NCBI GenBank assembly: GCA_965204665.1
Contig: OZ242002.1
Span: 1,497,995-1,561,994 of the forward strand
Direction: 5' to 3'
Length of the DNA stretch: 64,000 nucleotides
From: Thermodesulfobacteriota bacterium
GTDB lineage: Bacteria > Desulfobacterota_D > UBA1144 > Nemesobacterales > Nemesobacteraceae
This document shows positions 18,533-28,672 of this stretch, piece by piece. The notes under the pieces are model-generated. The model did no database searches. It saw only the letters and a program-made list of their open reading frames with translations, and was not told the DNA's origin. Each line of letters begins with the position of its first letter. Position 1 is the first letter of the stretch. A program made the translations under genes and the position numbers.

Positions 18533-21355
18533 ATGCGCCTGTCGTGGAATGAGGTCCGCATCAGGGCTGCCTCTTTCGCCGAGGAATGGAAGGATGCGAC
18601 CTACGAGAAGGGCGATACACAGAGTTTCTACAACGATTTTTTCGAAGTGTTCGGAGTTCGTCGGCGAAGCATCGCACGCTACGAGGAGCATGTCGCGAAG
18701 TTGAATGACAGCTCCGGATTCATCGACTTATTCTGGCCGGGCGTTCTCATCGTCGAACAAAAGAGCGCCGGGCGCGACCTGAAGGCAGCCTACGAACAGG
18801 CCGGCGAGTATTTCGACGCTTTGTCCGAAAACGAACGCCCGCGCTACATCCTCGTCAGTGACTTCCAGACCTTCGATCTTCACGACCTCGACGAGCGCGG
18901 AAAGGTCTCCTTTCCACTCGCGGACCTGCCCAAGCGTATCGAAGCGTTCAGTTTTATATTGGGTGTGCAGCGCAGGACCTTCCGCGATCAGGACCCGGCG
19001 AACATCGAGGCCGCCGAACTGGTCGGGCTGCTTCACGATGCGCTCGGAGACACCGGGTACAGCGGGCATGACTTGGAGCAGTTCTTGGTGCGGATTGTCT
19101 TCTGCCTGTTTGCCGACGACACGGGTATCTTCGAGCCGCGCGACCTCTTTCTTGATTTCCTTGAAGAACGTACCGGCGAGGACGGGGCAGATCTCGGTCC
19201 GCGACTTGCACAACTGTTCCAGGTCCTGGACACTCCGGAGGTCGAGCGTCAGAGCACGCTCGATGAAGACCTCGCATGTTTTCCTCATGTAAACGGCGAA
19301 CTATTCAAGGGGTCTCTGCGCATTCCGGCGTTTGACTCGGCGATGCGCACTGCACTGCTGAATGCCTGTCGCTTCGACTGGTCGAACATCTCACCCGCAA
19401 TCTTCGGAGCGCTTTTCCAGTCTGTGATGGAACCGGCGGAACGCCGCGCCCGGGGTGCGCATTACACGACCGAAAAGAACATCCTCAAAGTGATCGAACC
19501 ACTTTTCATGGACGGCCTGCGCGCCGAGTTTGAGCGGATCAGGACGCGGCGCGGACGCAACCGTCTCGCCCTGCTTCGTCAATTCCATGCAAGTCTCGGC
19601 AGTCTGACGTTCTTCGACCCCGCGTGCGGTTGCGGCAACTTCCTCATCATAGCCTACCGTGAACTGCGCCTGCTGGAAATCAAGGTCATCCAGGAGATCA
19701 GGAATGCCACCTTCACGACCCGATATAGAGAACTCAATGTCGTCTGGCAATCTGTGGTGGATGTGGACCAGTTCTACGGAATCGAGATCGGAGAGTTCCC
19801 CGTTCGCATAGCTGAAACGGCGCTTTGGATGATGGATCACATCATGAACAACCAGCTGAGTCTTGAGTTCGGCCAGAGTTTTGTTCGTATCCCGCTTGAG
19901 AAGTCGCCGCACATCCTTCACGAGGACGCGCTGGAAGCAGACTGGTCGGACCTGTTGCCGCCGGGCGAGTGCTCCTTCGTACTTGGGAACCCGCCTTTTG
20001 TCGGGGCGAAGTATCAGACACCGGAGCAGCGCGCTCAGGTGCACGGGGTCGCGATGCTGGGCAAGAGCGGCGGCACGCTGGATTATGTCTCCGCATGGTT
20101 CATCAAGGCGGGCGAGTACGTGAAAGGTGAAAATGTCCGCATCGGCTTTGTCGCGACCAATTCGATCACCCAGGGCGAACAGGTCGCGCAGCTCTGGCCG
20201 ATCCTGTTCGAGCGTTGTCGGATGGAAATCGCCTTCGCGCACCGGACCTTCGCTTGGGGGTCGGACGCGCTGGGCAAAGCGCATGTCCATGTCGTCATTC
20301 TCGGCCTTGACCGCCGCGAGGCAGTACCGTCGGATAGGCGTCTGTTCAGTTATCCCGACATAAACGGCGAACCGGAAGAAAGCCGCCACGCTGCGCTGTC
20401 TCCCTATCTTTACGATGCCGCGGGGCTGTCGGACCCGCATCTGACGGTGCGGGAGGAAAACCGGCCGATCAACGGGATGCGGAGACTGATTATCGGTTCC
20501 CAACCCATCGACGGCGGCAACTACATATTCGATGAGCAGGACCGCGCCGCGTTTCTTGATGCGGAGCCGGATGCCTCACCCTATCTTCGACCTTTCATAG
20601 GGGCGAAAGAATACCTACAGGGCGGCAAGCGTTGGATTCTGGCTCTGCACGATGTGCCGCCCGATGCGCTGGCGCGTCTGCCGCGCGTACGCGAGCGGAT
20701 CGTTGCGGTTCAGACCTATCGCCGGAAGAGTAACCGTAAATCGACTCTGAATCTTGCCGAGACTCCTATGCTCTACCAGGTCAATCTTCTTCCCACCGAA
20801 CCGTTTCTGTTGATTCCTCGGGTCAGTTCCGAGCGGCGGGAATATGCGCCCATCGGCTGGCTGGAGCCGCCGGCTATTCCCAGCGATGCCGCGCTTGTGC
20901 TTCCTGAAGCCACCTTGGAGGATTTCGCGCTGTTGACTTCTGCGATGCACATGACGTGGCTGCGCCATGTCGGCGGGAGACTTGAGAGTCGCTACCGCTA
21001 TTCCATCGGCCTTGTGTACAACACTTTCCCGTCGCCTCCTGCAGGCGCGGACCTGTCGAAGTTACGACCCCTGGCGCAAGCCGTGCTCGATGCCCGGGCC
21101 GATCATCCAGGTGCAACACTAGCCCGCCTGTATGATCCCGTCCTTATGCCGCCGAACCTGCGCCGTGCGCATCAAAAACTTGACCGTACGGTGGACCGGC
21201 TCTACCGGCGTACCGGATTCAGGTTCGAGTATGAGCGTGCGGAACATCTGTTCTTACTCTATGAGAAGATGCTCGCACCGCTGCACGCCGGTCGGAAGAA
21301 GACGCGACGGCGCCGACCGGGGAGGGTCGTACCGATGAAAAGAGCGAGTTGCTGA
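18533..21355 (+). CDS. MmeI-family Type IIL restriction-modification enzyme (single-chain endonuclease + gamma-class N6-adenine methyltransferase + TRD)
   Basis: N-terminal D-x9-ExK nuclease motif (IDLFWPGVLIVEQKSAG). MTase motif I FFDPACGCGNFLI and motif IV GNPPFVG. Family blocks NSITQGEQV, GGRLESRYRYS and LVYNTFP. The gene is strongly GC-rich compared with its neighbours. Confidence 0.8.
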   Translation: MRLSWNEVRIRAASFAEEWKDATYEKGDTQSFYNDFFEVFGVRRRSIARYEEHVAKLNDSSGFIDLFWPGVLIVEQKSAGRDLKAAYEQAGEYFDALSENERPRYILVSDFQTFDLHDLDERGKVSFPLADLPKRIEAFSFILGVQRRTFRDQDPANIEAAELVGLLHDALGDTGYSGHDLEQFLVRIVFCLFADDTGIFEPRDLFLDFLEERTGEDGADLGPRLAQLFQVLDTPEVERQSTLDEDLACFPHVNGELFKGSLRIPAFDSAMRTALLNACRFDWSNISPAIFGALFQSVMEPAERRARGAHYTTEKNILKVIEPLFMDGLRAEFERIRTRRGRNRLALLRQFHASLGSLTFFDPACGCGNFLIIAYRELRLLEIKVIQEIRNATFTTRYRELNVVWQSVVDVDQFYGIEIGEFPVRIAETALWMMDHIMNNQLSLEFGQSFVRIPLEKSPHILHEDALEADWSDLLPPGECSFVLGNPPFVGAKYQTPEQRAQVHGVAMLGKSGGTLDYVSAWFIKAGEYVKGENVRIGFVATNSITQGEQVAQLWPILFERCRMEIAFAHRTFAWGSDALGKAHVHVVILGLDRREAVPSDRRLFSYPDINGEPEESRHAALSPYLYDAAGLSDPHLTVREENRPINGMRRLIIGSQPIDGGNYIFDEQDRAAFLDAEPDASPYLRPFIGAKEYLQGGKRWILALHDVPPDALARLPRVRERIVAVQTYRRKSNRKSTLNLAETPMLYQVNLLPTEPFLLIPRVSSERREYAPIGWLEPPAIPSDAALVLPEATLEDFALLTSAMHMTWLRHVGGRLESRYRYSIGLVYNTFPSPPAGADLSKLRPLAQAVLDARADHPGATLARLYDPVLMPPNLRRAHQKLDRTVDRLYRRTGFRFEYERAEHLFLLYEKMLAPLHAGRKKTRRRRPGRVVPMKRASC

Positions 21356-21597
21356 ATCCTGATCTGTGAGTCGACCATTGCTCTCTCTGATGGAACACAT
21401 GCCTCCGAAAAATATTAAGTTCGATTTGTCAAAAATTCCTAATGGATAGAGCGGAGTTTCGTGGTCATCAAGATTAGATGACCGGGAAAACTGCACTCAG
21501 GAAGACAAACGGTAACATCCGTTCTGAATGTGGAAACTACAGGATTAATCGTATAGCATATCATCTTTGAACCGGGAATCTTCTGCTGAAAATCTTC

Positions 21598-22770
21598 ATG
21601 ATTGATTTTATAAAAGAATACAGGGACTTTTCTCTGATCACAGTTGCAAATTTATTTTTCCAGTGCGGATTCACTTCGTTCTTTCTGCTGCCTCTTTTTA
21701 TAAGGGATATGGGTGGCGACATGGCTTATGTTGGTTATGTAATGGGGATTTTCGGAGTAGCATCGGTCGGCACTGCTCCTTTTGCGGGTCTTCTTATAAA
21801 TCGATACGGGCAGAAAATATTCATGCTCGGAGGTTCTGTGCTGATGTTCGTAGCGTACTTAGTTCATATATTCATAACAGATACCGGGATTTCCCTGCTT
21901 GTCCTAAGACTTGTGCAGGGCATCGCCTTCGGTTTCTTCTTCACCGCGGCTTCCACTGCGGTTGCCTACTCGGTTCCACGAAAAATAAGACATTCGTGTC
22001 TCACTACCTTCAGTCTTACGACCATAGCATGCTTTGCGATAGGTCCTTTTTTCGGTGAAATCATCATTTCCAAGATCAGTTACAAAATGTTTTTTGTATA
22101 TGCCGCGCTTTTTAATGTGGTAGCGTTTATATTCTGCTTTTTTTCAAATGAAGTGAAGTTTTTGGTAACTCATGCGAATCCGTTTTCAGGATTTTTCAAC
22201 ATCATTAAATCTGAAAGATTCCGCGTACTTATTTTTATGAATATGATGACCGGTGCGGCACTGGGAGCATTGGTTCACTTTTTTCATTTGTTTTTGAATG
22301 ACAAGGGTCTTCAAATGGGAGTTTTTTTTGTTATTTTCGCCGCAACGGCGGTGCTGATCAGAATTATGGGAGGGAATATCCTGAACATTACGGAGAGAAG
22401 AAAAATAGCGCTTCCTTCAATAGTGCTGATGGCTATCGCCATCATCATAGCATTCTCCGTAGACTCTTTTTCCCATCTTGTTCTGTTCTCCATTCTGTTC
22501 AGTCTCGGTTACTCCTTTACCTATCCTACTATAAGTACCATGTTTATAGACAGAACAACGGCGGGAGAGCGGGGAACGGCAATGGGTATCTTCAATATGG
22601 CGTACGGGACGGGGATAAACTCCTGTGCTATAATACTCGGACTTATATTACGCGATTACGGATTCCTTGTAATGTACATATCGGCGGGAATGTTCTTGAT
22701 TTTCGGGTGCGTTATCTTCATTTACAAATATTTTATAAGCATTGAAGAAGAGGAGCCTGTATTTGAATAA
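21598..22770 (+). CDS. MFS transporter, tandem paralog 1
   Basis: 12-TM profile. N-terminus MIDFIKEYRDFSLITVANLFF... parallels the next gene. Confidence 0.75.
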   Translation: MIDFIKEYRDFSLITVANLFFQCGFTSFFLLPLFIRDMGGDMAYVGYVMGIFGVASVGTAPFAGLLINRYGQKIFMLGGSVLMFVAYLVHIFITDTGISLLVLRLVQGIAFGFFFTAASTAVAYSVPRKIRHSCLTTFSLTTIACFAIGPFFGEIIISKISYKMFFVYAALFNVVAFIFCFFSNEVKFLVTHANPFSGFFNIIKSERFRVLIFMNMMTGAALGALVHFFHLFLNDKGLQMGVFFVIFAATAVLIRIMGGNILNITERRKIALPSIVLMAIAIIIAFSVDSFSHLVLFSILFSLGYSFTYPTISTMFIDRTTAGERGTAMGIFNMAYGTGINSCAIILGLILRDYGFLVMYISAGMFLIFGCVIFIYKYFISIEEEEPVFE

Positions 22771-22916
22771 CCGAATGATGCGGTTTCCGTCCGCCCTGCG
22801 TCTATAAGGTTCTTTTTCATCACTGGTCCGGAGTCGCGGAACCGGTCTTGCGGGGAAGTGGAGAGTCAGAGACCGGTAATTTCCACCATATCTGTCCCGA
22901 CGGCAGTTTTTTTGAG

Positions 22917-24068
22917 ATGATTTCCAGAGAATACAGGGATTTTCTTCTAGTAACTCTAGGTAATTTCTTCTTTTTCTGCAGTTTTTCTTCATTCTTCCTG
23001 TTGCCGCTTTTTATAAAGGACATCGGGGGTGATGAATCTCACATAGGGTACGTTATGGGGACTTTCGGTATAACCTCAATAGGAACTATTCCCTTTATCT
23101 CCTATCTGATAGACCACTACGGGCGGAAAAAATTCATGCTTGCGGGTTCATTCCTGATGTTCATCGCATCTTTTCTCTACATTTTCATATCTGATATAAC
23201 CGTAGGAATATTCATTCTGAGGCTTATGCAGGGAATCGCGTTCTCGTTCTTCTTCACTTCTGTCGCTACTGCGGTTTCCGATTACCTGCCGAAAAAGACG
23301 AGAGCTTACGGGCTCGGTATTTTCGGCGCGTTTACCATAGCATCTTATTCAGTAGGCCCTTTTCTCGGGGAGTTTTTGATAGAGAAATCCAATTATGAAT
23401 CTTTTTTTATCTGCGCTTCGTGTTTCAGTGTATTTGCCTTTATTCTCTGTTACTTTTCAAGGGAAGGAAATTTTATTGTCTCCTCGAAGTCCGTCTTCAG
23501 CGGATTTTTCAGCGTAGTTCTTTCTCCGAGGTTCCGCACACTCCTGCTTGTAAACTTGATAGTTGCCGTCGGGCTCGGCTCCATGCTCAATTTCTTCTCC
23601 GTTTTTCTCAGAGAAAACAGAATAAGCGCAGGAAGTTTTTTCACCACTTATTCTGTGACCGTGATACTTGTAAGGGTCCTGGCCGGAAAACTTCCGGATA
23701 TGTTCGAGAGAAGAAAAGTTGCTCTGCCTTCAATGCTGGTGATGGCCGCAGCGTTGCTTTCCGTATTTTCTGTAACATCATGGAGCACCGCTGTCGCAGT
23801 TTCTTTTATTTTCAGTCTGGGCTACGGAATTCTTTACCCTTCTTTAAGCGCGATGATTATCGACAGGGCGCGTGATGATGAAAGAGGAACGGCCATGGGA
23901 TCGTTTAATATGTCCTTCAGCGTCGGTATAAACCTATTCGCTTTCATGCTCGGACTTATAGCTCGGGATTACGGTTTTTCCACCATGTATTCAGTGACCG
24001 GTGCGCTTGTACTTGCCGGTTGCGTCATTTTCACCTATAAATACTTTTTCAGTCCGGTCAGGGGGTAG
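22917..24068 (+). CDS. MFS transporter, tandem paralog 2
   Basis: ATG at 22917 (MISREYRDFLLVTLGNFFF...) is a paralog of 21598-22770. The ORF-track start at 22848 is probably an extension. Confidence 0.75.
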   Translation: MISREYRDFLLVTLGNFFFFCSFSSFFLLPLFIKDIGGDESHIGYVMGTFGITSIGTIPFISYLIDHYGRKKFMLAGSFLMFIASFLYIFISDITVGIFILRLMQGIAFSFFFTSVATAVSDYLPKKTRAYGLGIFGAFTIASYSVGPFLGEFLIEKSNYESFFICASCFSVFAFILCYFSREGNFIVSSKSVFSGFFSVVLSPRFRTLLLVNLIVAVGLGSMLNFFSVFLRENRISAGSFFTTYSVTVILVRVLAGKLPDMFERRKVALPSMLVMAAALLSVFSVTSWSTAVAVSFIFSLGYGILYPSLSAMIIDRARDDERGTAMGSFNMSFSVGINLFAFMLGLIARDYGFSTMYSVTGALVLAGCVIFTYKYFFSPVRG

Positions 24069-24073
24069 AGTCT

Positions 24074-24850
24074 TTGGCTACGATAAAATCCGGAGATACG
24101 GTTCTGGTCGTCTCTCCGGATGAAAAAAGTTTCATGGTTACCGTACATGAAGGCAAGTCCCTTAGTTCCCACATGGGGATACTCGATTTCTCTTCCGTGA
24201 TCGGAAAAAATTGGGGAGGAACTGCCGTTTCAAGTCTCGGAAATCATTTTGTGCTTCTTCCTCCCACGATAGAGCAGAAAATAATGAAGCTGAGAAGAAC
24301 TACGCAGATTGTCTATCCCAAAGACGCGGCTTTTGTCCTGTTCAGAACTGACGTCAGATCCGGAACCAGAGTGGTTGAGGCCGCAACCGGTACGGGAGCG
24401 CTCACGGTCGCGCTTGCGAATTCCGTTGCTCCCTCGGGAAGGGTTTACACTTATGAAAAAAGAAAGGAGTTTATAGGCAATGCGGAGGATAACGTACGAC
24501 GCGCGGGACTTTCCGATTACGTGGAATTTCATTGCGGAGACGCAAGGGATGGTTTTGCGCAAAAGGATGTTGATGTCGTGGTAATTGATCTCCCGTCTCC
24601 ATGGTATGGAATTCCTTCCGCCTATGAAGCGTTACGCCCCGGGGGGAGGCTGGCAAGCATATCACCGACTTATAATCAGGTGGAAAGAGCCGTGGAATCA
24701 CTTGAACAGTCCGGTTTCGTCAAAATAGAGACCGTGGAGATCATAATGAGAAATTTCCAGGTAAAAAAAGGAAAAACCCGTCCTGATAACAGAACCGTAG
24801 CCCATACCGGATTTCTCACATTTGCGTTCAAGACAACGAGCCGTGAGTGA
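24074..24850 (+). CDS. trmI: tRNA (adenine-N1)-methyltransferase, TrmI/Gcd14 family
   Basis: N-terminal beta-barrel followed by an AdoMet-binding Rossmann fold (VVEAATGTGALT...DVVVIDLPSPW). Confidence 0.7.
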   Translation: MATIKSGDTVLVVSPDEKSFMVTVHEGKSLSSHMGILDFSSVIGKNWGGTAVSSLGNHFVLLPPTIEQKIMKLRRTTQIVYPKDAAFVLFRTDVRSGTRVVEAATGTGALTVALANSVAPSGRVYTYEKRKEFIGNAEDNVRRAGLSDYVEFHCGDARDGFAQKDVDVVVIDLPSPWYGIPSAYEALRPGGRLASISPTYNQVERAVESLEQSGFVKIETVEIIMRNFQVKKGKTRPDNRTVAHTGFLTFAFKTTSRE

Positions 24851-24851
24851 A

Positions 24852-25535
24852 ATGAATAACGAGAATCTTCTCAGAGAAGGCGCTCGGCAAATAGGGATAG
24901 AGAACCTTGATACCGATGCGTTTCTTCTTTATATGAGTATGCTGAAACAATGGGGAAGTCGAATCAATCTAAGTTCGGTACTTACGGACAGAGCGATTAT
25001 AATAAGGCACCTTGTCGATTCGCTCACTGCAGCGCGGTTTGTTCCTAAGGGCTCAAGTCTGCTTGACGTAGGTTCCGGGGCCGGGCTTCCCGGTATTCCG
25101 CTTTTTCTTAACGACCCTTCGCTTTCTGTCGTGTTGCTTGAGTCCGTAGGGAAGAAGGTTGCATTTCTTCGGAACGTGAAAAGATCTTTTGGGTTTTCCC
25201 GCTTAGCGGTTCTTTCCGCAAGAGCGGAGCGGGTTGAGGCGGAAATGACGGGAAGCTTCGACCGGGTTATCTTCAGGGCGGTCGGGAGTATAAGTTATAT
25301 TATTTCTCTCGCAACTCCCTATCTGGATATAGAAGGCGAGATCATTATAATGAAGGGGCCTAGGTGGAAAGAGGAGTGGAATGACTATGTGCAAACAACA
25401 AAAAGCCCCGCGGAACTTGTCCGTTCAGAACAGTTCCGGCTACCTTTTTCGGGTGAAGAAAGAGCGATAATAACAGTGGCGCCGCATCGGCGCATGGAGA
25501 AAAATCTTGAAGACCATAGGCGTGATAGGGGGTAG
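24852..25535 (+). CDS. rsmG: 16S rRNA (guanine527-N7)-methyltransferase RsmG/GidB
   Basis: LDVGSGAGLPGIPL motif and family-typical N-terminus. Start chosen at MNNENLL. Confidence 0.8.
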   Translation: MNNENLLREGARQIGIENLDTDAFLLYMSMLKQWGSRINLSSVLTDRAIIIRHLVDSLTAARFVPKGSSLLDVGSGAGLPGIPLFLNDPSLSVVLLESVGKKVAFLRNVKRSFGFSRLAVLSARAERVEAEMTGSFDRVIFRAVGSISYIISLATPYLDIEGEIIIMKGPRWKEEWNDYVQTTKSPAELVRSEQFRLPFSGEERAIITVAPHRRMEKNLEDHRRDRG

Positions 25536-26361
25536 CGGTCTCTATGAGATAGACGGTCTTTCAAACGTAAAGACAGTTTCGGTAGATACTCCGTGGGGTT
25601 CTCCCTCCGCAAGTCTTGTCACGGGAATTTTAGGCTCATCACGGATGGTCTTTCTTCCTAGACACGGGCAAGGACATATAATACCTCCGTCGAAAATAAA
25701 TTTCAGAGCGAACATTTATGCGATGAAGTATATGGGGGTTGAGAGAATAATAGCCGTAAGCGCCGTAGGCAGTATGAAGGAAGAGATAAAGCCCGAAGAT
25801 GTAGTTCTGCCTGATCAATTCATCGATAATACACACGGCCGCGCTTCAACGTTTTTTGAAGACGGGGTGGTGGCTCACGTATCGATGGCGGATCCTGTAT
25901 GCCCCTCTCTCTGCGGTTATCTGAGCCGAATTGCGGTTGACTGCGGTGCTCGGGTTCATCCCAGGGGGACTTATGTCTGCATTGAAGGTCCGCAGTTTTC
26001 TACAAGAGCTGAGAGCGAGTTGTACAGAAAATGGGGAGTGGATGTGATAGGAATGACCGCCATGCCGGAAGTGAAACTTGCTCGGGAAGCTGAAATCTGC
26101 TATTCAACTTTAGCACTTTCAACTGATTACGACTGCTGGAATGATGACCATGAAAACGTTACGGTCTCGGATGTGATAGAGACCATGAACAGAAACGTCG
26201 GTACGGCGAAAAAGATATTGGTTGCGGCTGCCGACTCCATTCCGGAGAAGAGAGACTGCGGATGTGGGGATGCGCTTGCCGCTTCCATTATAACCCCTGC
26301 CGAGCGAATAACTCCGGAAGCAGGAAACAGAGTTGAAATTATCCTGAAAAAATACTTGTAA
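25507..26361 (+). CDS. mtnP: S-methyl-5'-thioadenosine phosphorylase
   Basis: PNP family-2 signature: IGVIGGSGLY, FLPRHG.GH, CIEGPQFSTRAES. Confidence 0.8.
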   Translation: MKTIGVIGGSGLYEIDGLSNVKTVSVDTPWGSPSASLVTGILGSSRMVFLPRHGQGHIIPPSKINFRANIYAMKYMGVERIIAVSAVGSMKEEIKPEDVVLPDQFIDNTHGRASTFFEDGVVAHVSMADPVCPSLCGYLSRIAVDCGARVHPRGTYVCIEGPQFSTRAESELYRKWGVDVIGMTAMPEVKLAREAEICYSTLALSTDYDCWNDDHENVTVSDVIETMNRNVGTAKKILVAAADSIPEKRDCGCGDALAASIITPAERITPEAGNRVEIILKKYL

Positions 26362-26371
26362 TGAGGTTGAA

Positions 26372-27274
26372 ATGAGCATAACTGTTGTCGGTTCGGTGGC
26401 GATAGATACCATAGAGACGCCTTTTGGAAGAGAAGAAAATGTTCTTGGAGGGTCCGCCTGTTATTTTTCGCTTGCGGCGCGGAATTTCACGGATGTTCGT
26501 ATAGTTTCCGCTGTGGGTGAAGATTTTCCCTCAAGTCATATTGAACTGCTTCACTCAAAGGGTGTAAATATCGAGGGACTGAACATAAAACCCGAAGAGA
26601 CTTTCAGATGGGAAGGTAGATACGACTATGATCTCGGGGACCCGGAGACGGTTTCCGTGGCGCTCAACGTTCTCGCGTCCTTTGACCCTGTTCTGCCTGA
26701 AAGTTCCCGGAATTCAGACTACTTATTTCTTGCGAATACGGACCCCGAGATACAGATCAAAGCGCTTGAACAGGTTCGTTCTCCCAAAATGGTGGCCTGC
26801 GACACGATGAATTACTGGATAGAAAACAAACCGGAGCGGTTAAAAGACCTTCTCGGAAAGGTCGATGCGCTTGTAATAAACGACTCCGAGGCCAGACAAC
26901 TTTCACGGGAACCCTTAATGGTGAATGCGGCAAAGCGTATACTGGCTTTGGGTCCTGAATTTCTCGTGATAAAAAGGGGAGAGTACGGAGCCCTTCTTTT
27001 TTCCCGCCAAGAGGTGTTTTTTGCTCCCAGTTACCTGCTTGAGAGAGTTGTTGACCCCACGGGAGCCGGAGATACCTTTGCGGGAGGTTTTATGGGCTAT
27101 ATGGCGGCGCAGCGAGAGGTTCCTGATTTTTCTTCTTTGAAGAAGGGCGTTCTCTACGGGTCTGTTGCAGCCTCGTTTACCGTTGAGGATTTCAGCGTAA
27201 GGAGCATAAGTTCTGTTGATAAAGAACAGATAGAGAACCGGGCGCGGGAGTTTACAAAACTCCTGCAGATCTAG
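26372..27274 (+). CDS. PfkB-family carbohydrate/nucleoside kinase
   Basis: GAGDTFAGGF anion-hole motif. Confidence 0.8.
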   Translation: MSITVVGSVAIDTIETPFGREENVLGGSACYFSLAARNFTDVRIVSAVGEDFPSSHIELLHSKGVNIEGLNIKPEETFRWEGRYDYDLGDPETVSVALNVLASFDPVLPESSRNSDYLFLANTDPEIQIKALEQVRSPKMVACDTMNYWIENKPERLKDLLGKVDALVINDSEARQLSREPLMVNAAKRILALGPEFLVIKRGEYGALLFSRQEVFFAPSYLLERVVDPTGAGDTFAGGFMGYMAAQREVPDFSSLKKGVLYGSVAASFTVEDFSVRSISSVDKEQIENRAREFTKLLQI

Positions 27275-27283
27275 CGCAAAGGA

Positions 27284-27547
27284 TCAACCGAGGGATTTCA
27301 CGTATTTTATCCTGATATTGTAAATCATATCATCAAGAAGTTTTTTTTCCTCTTCAGAAAGATTTCCTTTCGTTTTTTCTGCAAGTATTTCAAGTATGGT
27401 GATTGTATTCTTTGCAGCAGGGATATCGACCTCTCTTTTCATTGAGTGAGGGTCCGGGATCTCTCCCAGATGAATAAGAGCAGAGGCGTTGAGAGAAAGA
27501 ATAAACCCGGAGAAATCCATTGTCAGTTCTCTGTCTACGCTTGTCAT
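27284..27547 (-). CDS. DUF1844-family small protein
   Basis: FSGFILSLNASALIHLGE...TILEILAEKTKGNLSEEE pattern. Confidence 0.55.
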   Translation of the reverse strand: MTSVDRELTMDFSGFILSLNASALIHLGEIPDPHSMKREVDIPAAKNTITILEILAEKTKGNLSEEEKKLLDDMIYNIRIKYVKSLG

Positions 27548-27589
27548 AGTGAATCACTCTCCTTCCGGTAGTCTCATACTGCCGATAAA

Positions 27590-28543
27590 TTATAGATACC
27601 GTCCGAGTTTTTTTCTAGGATCATAGGGAGATTTTTCTCTGATTTCCTTCATTGCAGTTTCTGTTTGCTCGTCAAGTTTTTCAGGCATAGCTATCTGTAC
27701 TATTACAAACTGGTCTCCTGTATTTGTTGTTTTCGGGTTTTTTGTTCCTTTGCCTTCAAGTCTCATCTTCTGACCACTCCCGACCCTGGGGGGTATGGTG
27801 AGCTTGACGGGGCCGTGTATAGTGGGAACTTCCGTAACTGTTCCCAGCGCGGCTTCATAGACTGTGAGAGGGAGGTCTATGTACACATCGTCATTCTCTC
27901 TTCTGAAGATAGGGTGGGGTAGGACTTTTATATCAAGTATGATGTCGCCTGCAGTCGGCGCCGTCCCGCGACTCTTGTCCGGAAGTCTTATTTTGGACCC
28001 GGTTCTTACTCCCTGCGGAATTCTGACTGTTATTTTTTTTGTGCTGCCGTCAGGGGATTTCAGCAGAAGTTCCTTCTTTCCTCCCTTTACCGCGGTCTCA
28101 AAGTCAAGGGTTAATTCATGATGGATATCTCTGGGTTTTCTCTGTTGCTGTATATTGCCGAAATCAAAGATATTCTCAAATCCTCCCCTCCCACCTTCAG
28201 TAGAGTAGGTTCTGCCGCCCATACCGCCCTGGGAAAAAAGATCCTTGAAAATTTCATCTATTCCGGGAAATCCTCGGGAGTACTGACTCTGGTTTCCACC
28301 CGCGTATCTTTGTCCGCCCGCACCGCTCGTTCCAAACATATCATAGGACCTTCTTTTTTCTGAGTCGGAAAGGATTTCGTAAGCATGCTGAATCTCTTTG
28401 AATTTCTCCTCGGAATTTTTATCCCCCTGATTCATGTCGGGGTGGTGCTTCCTCGCAAGGTCTCTGTATGCCTTTTTTATATCATCAGAAGAAGCGCTTC
28501 TTGATACGCCGAGTACATCGTAAAGATTTTTTCCCGCGGTCAT
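27590..28543 (-). CDS. cbpA: J-domain co-chaperone, CbpA/DnaJ class II-like (no zinc finger)
   Basis: J-domain with HPD (YRDLARKHHPDMN), then a G/F-rich region, then C-terminal substrate-binding domains. ATG at 28543 with GGAGG upstream. Confidence 0.75.
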   Translation of the reverse strand: MTAGKNLYDVLGVSRSASSDDIKKAYRDLARKHHPDMNQGDKNSEEKFKEIQHAYEILSDSEKRRSYDMFGTSGAGGQRYAGGNQSQYSRGFPGIDEIFKDLFSQGGMGGRTYSTEGGRGGFENIFDFGNIQQQRKPRDIHHELTLDFETAVKGGKKELLLKSPDGSTKKITVRIPQGVRTGSKIRLPDKSRGTAPTAGDIILDIKVLPHPIFRRENDDVYIDLPLTVYEAALGTVTEVPTIHGPVKLTIPPRVGSGQKMRLEGKGTKNPKTTNTGDQFVIVQIAMPEKLDEQTETAMKEIREKSPYDPRKKLGRYL

Positions 28544-28672
28544 AAGAACCGGACCTCCAGTATGACTCCACCATTCAATATAATCATATATCCGCTCATC
28601 ACAGATGAAAACCAAAGGATTTTACTGGTATGTTCTCTGAATTCGTGAGATTCAAGAGAAAAAATCAGCCGA

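Noticed and set aside
19391-20503. 370 aa antisense ORF (plus several 60-190 aa ORFs at 18728-19288, 19842-20363, 20615-21119) inside the MmeI-like gene
   Set aside because: Arg/Pro/Ala-rich low-complexity translations of the opposite strand of a GC-rich gene, with no motifs. The sense-strand protein has full-length family similarity.
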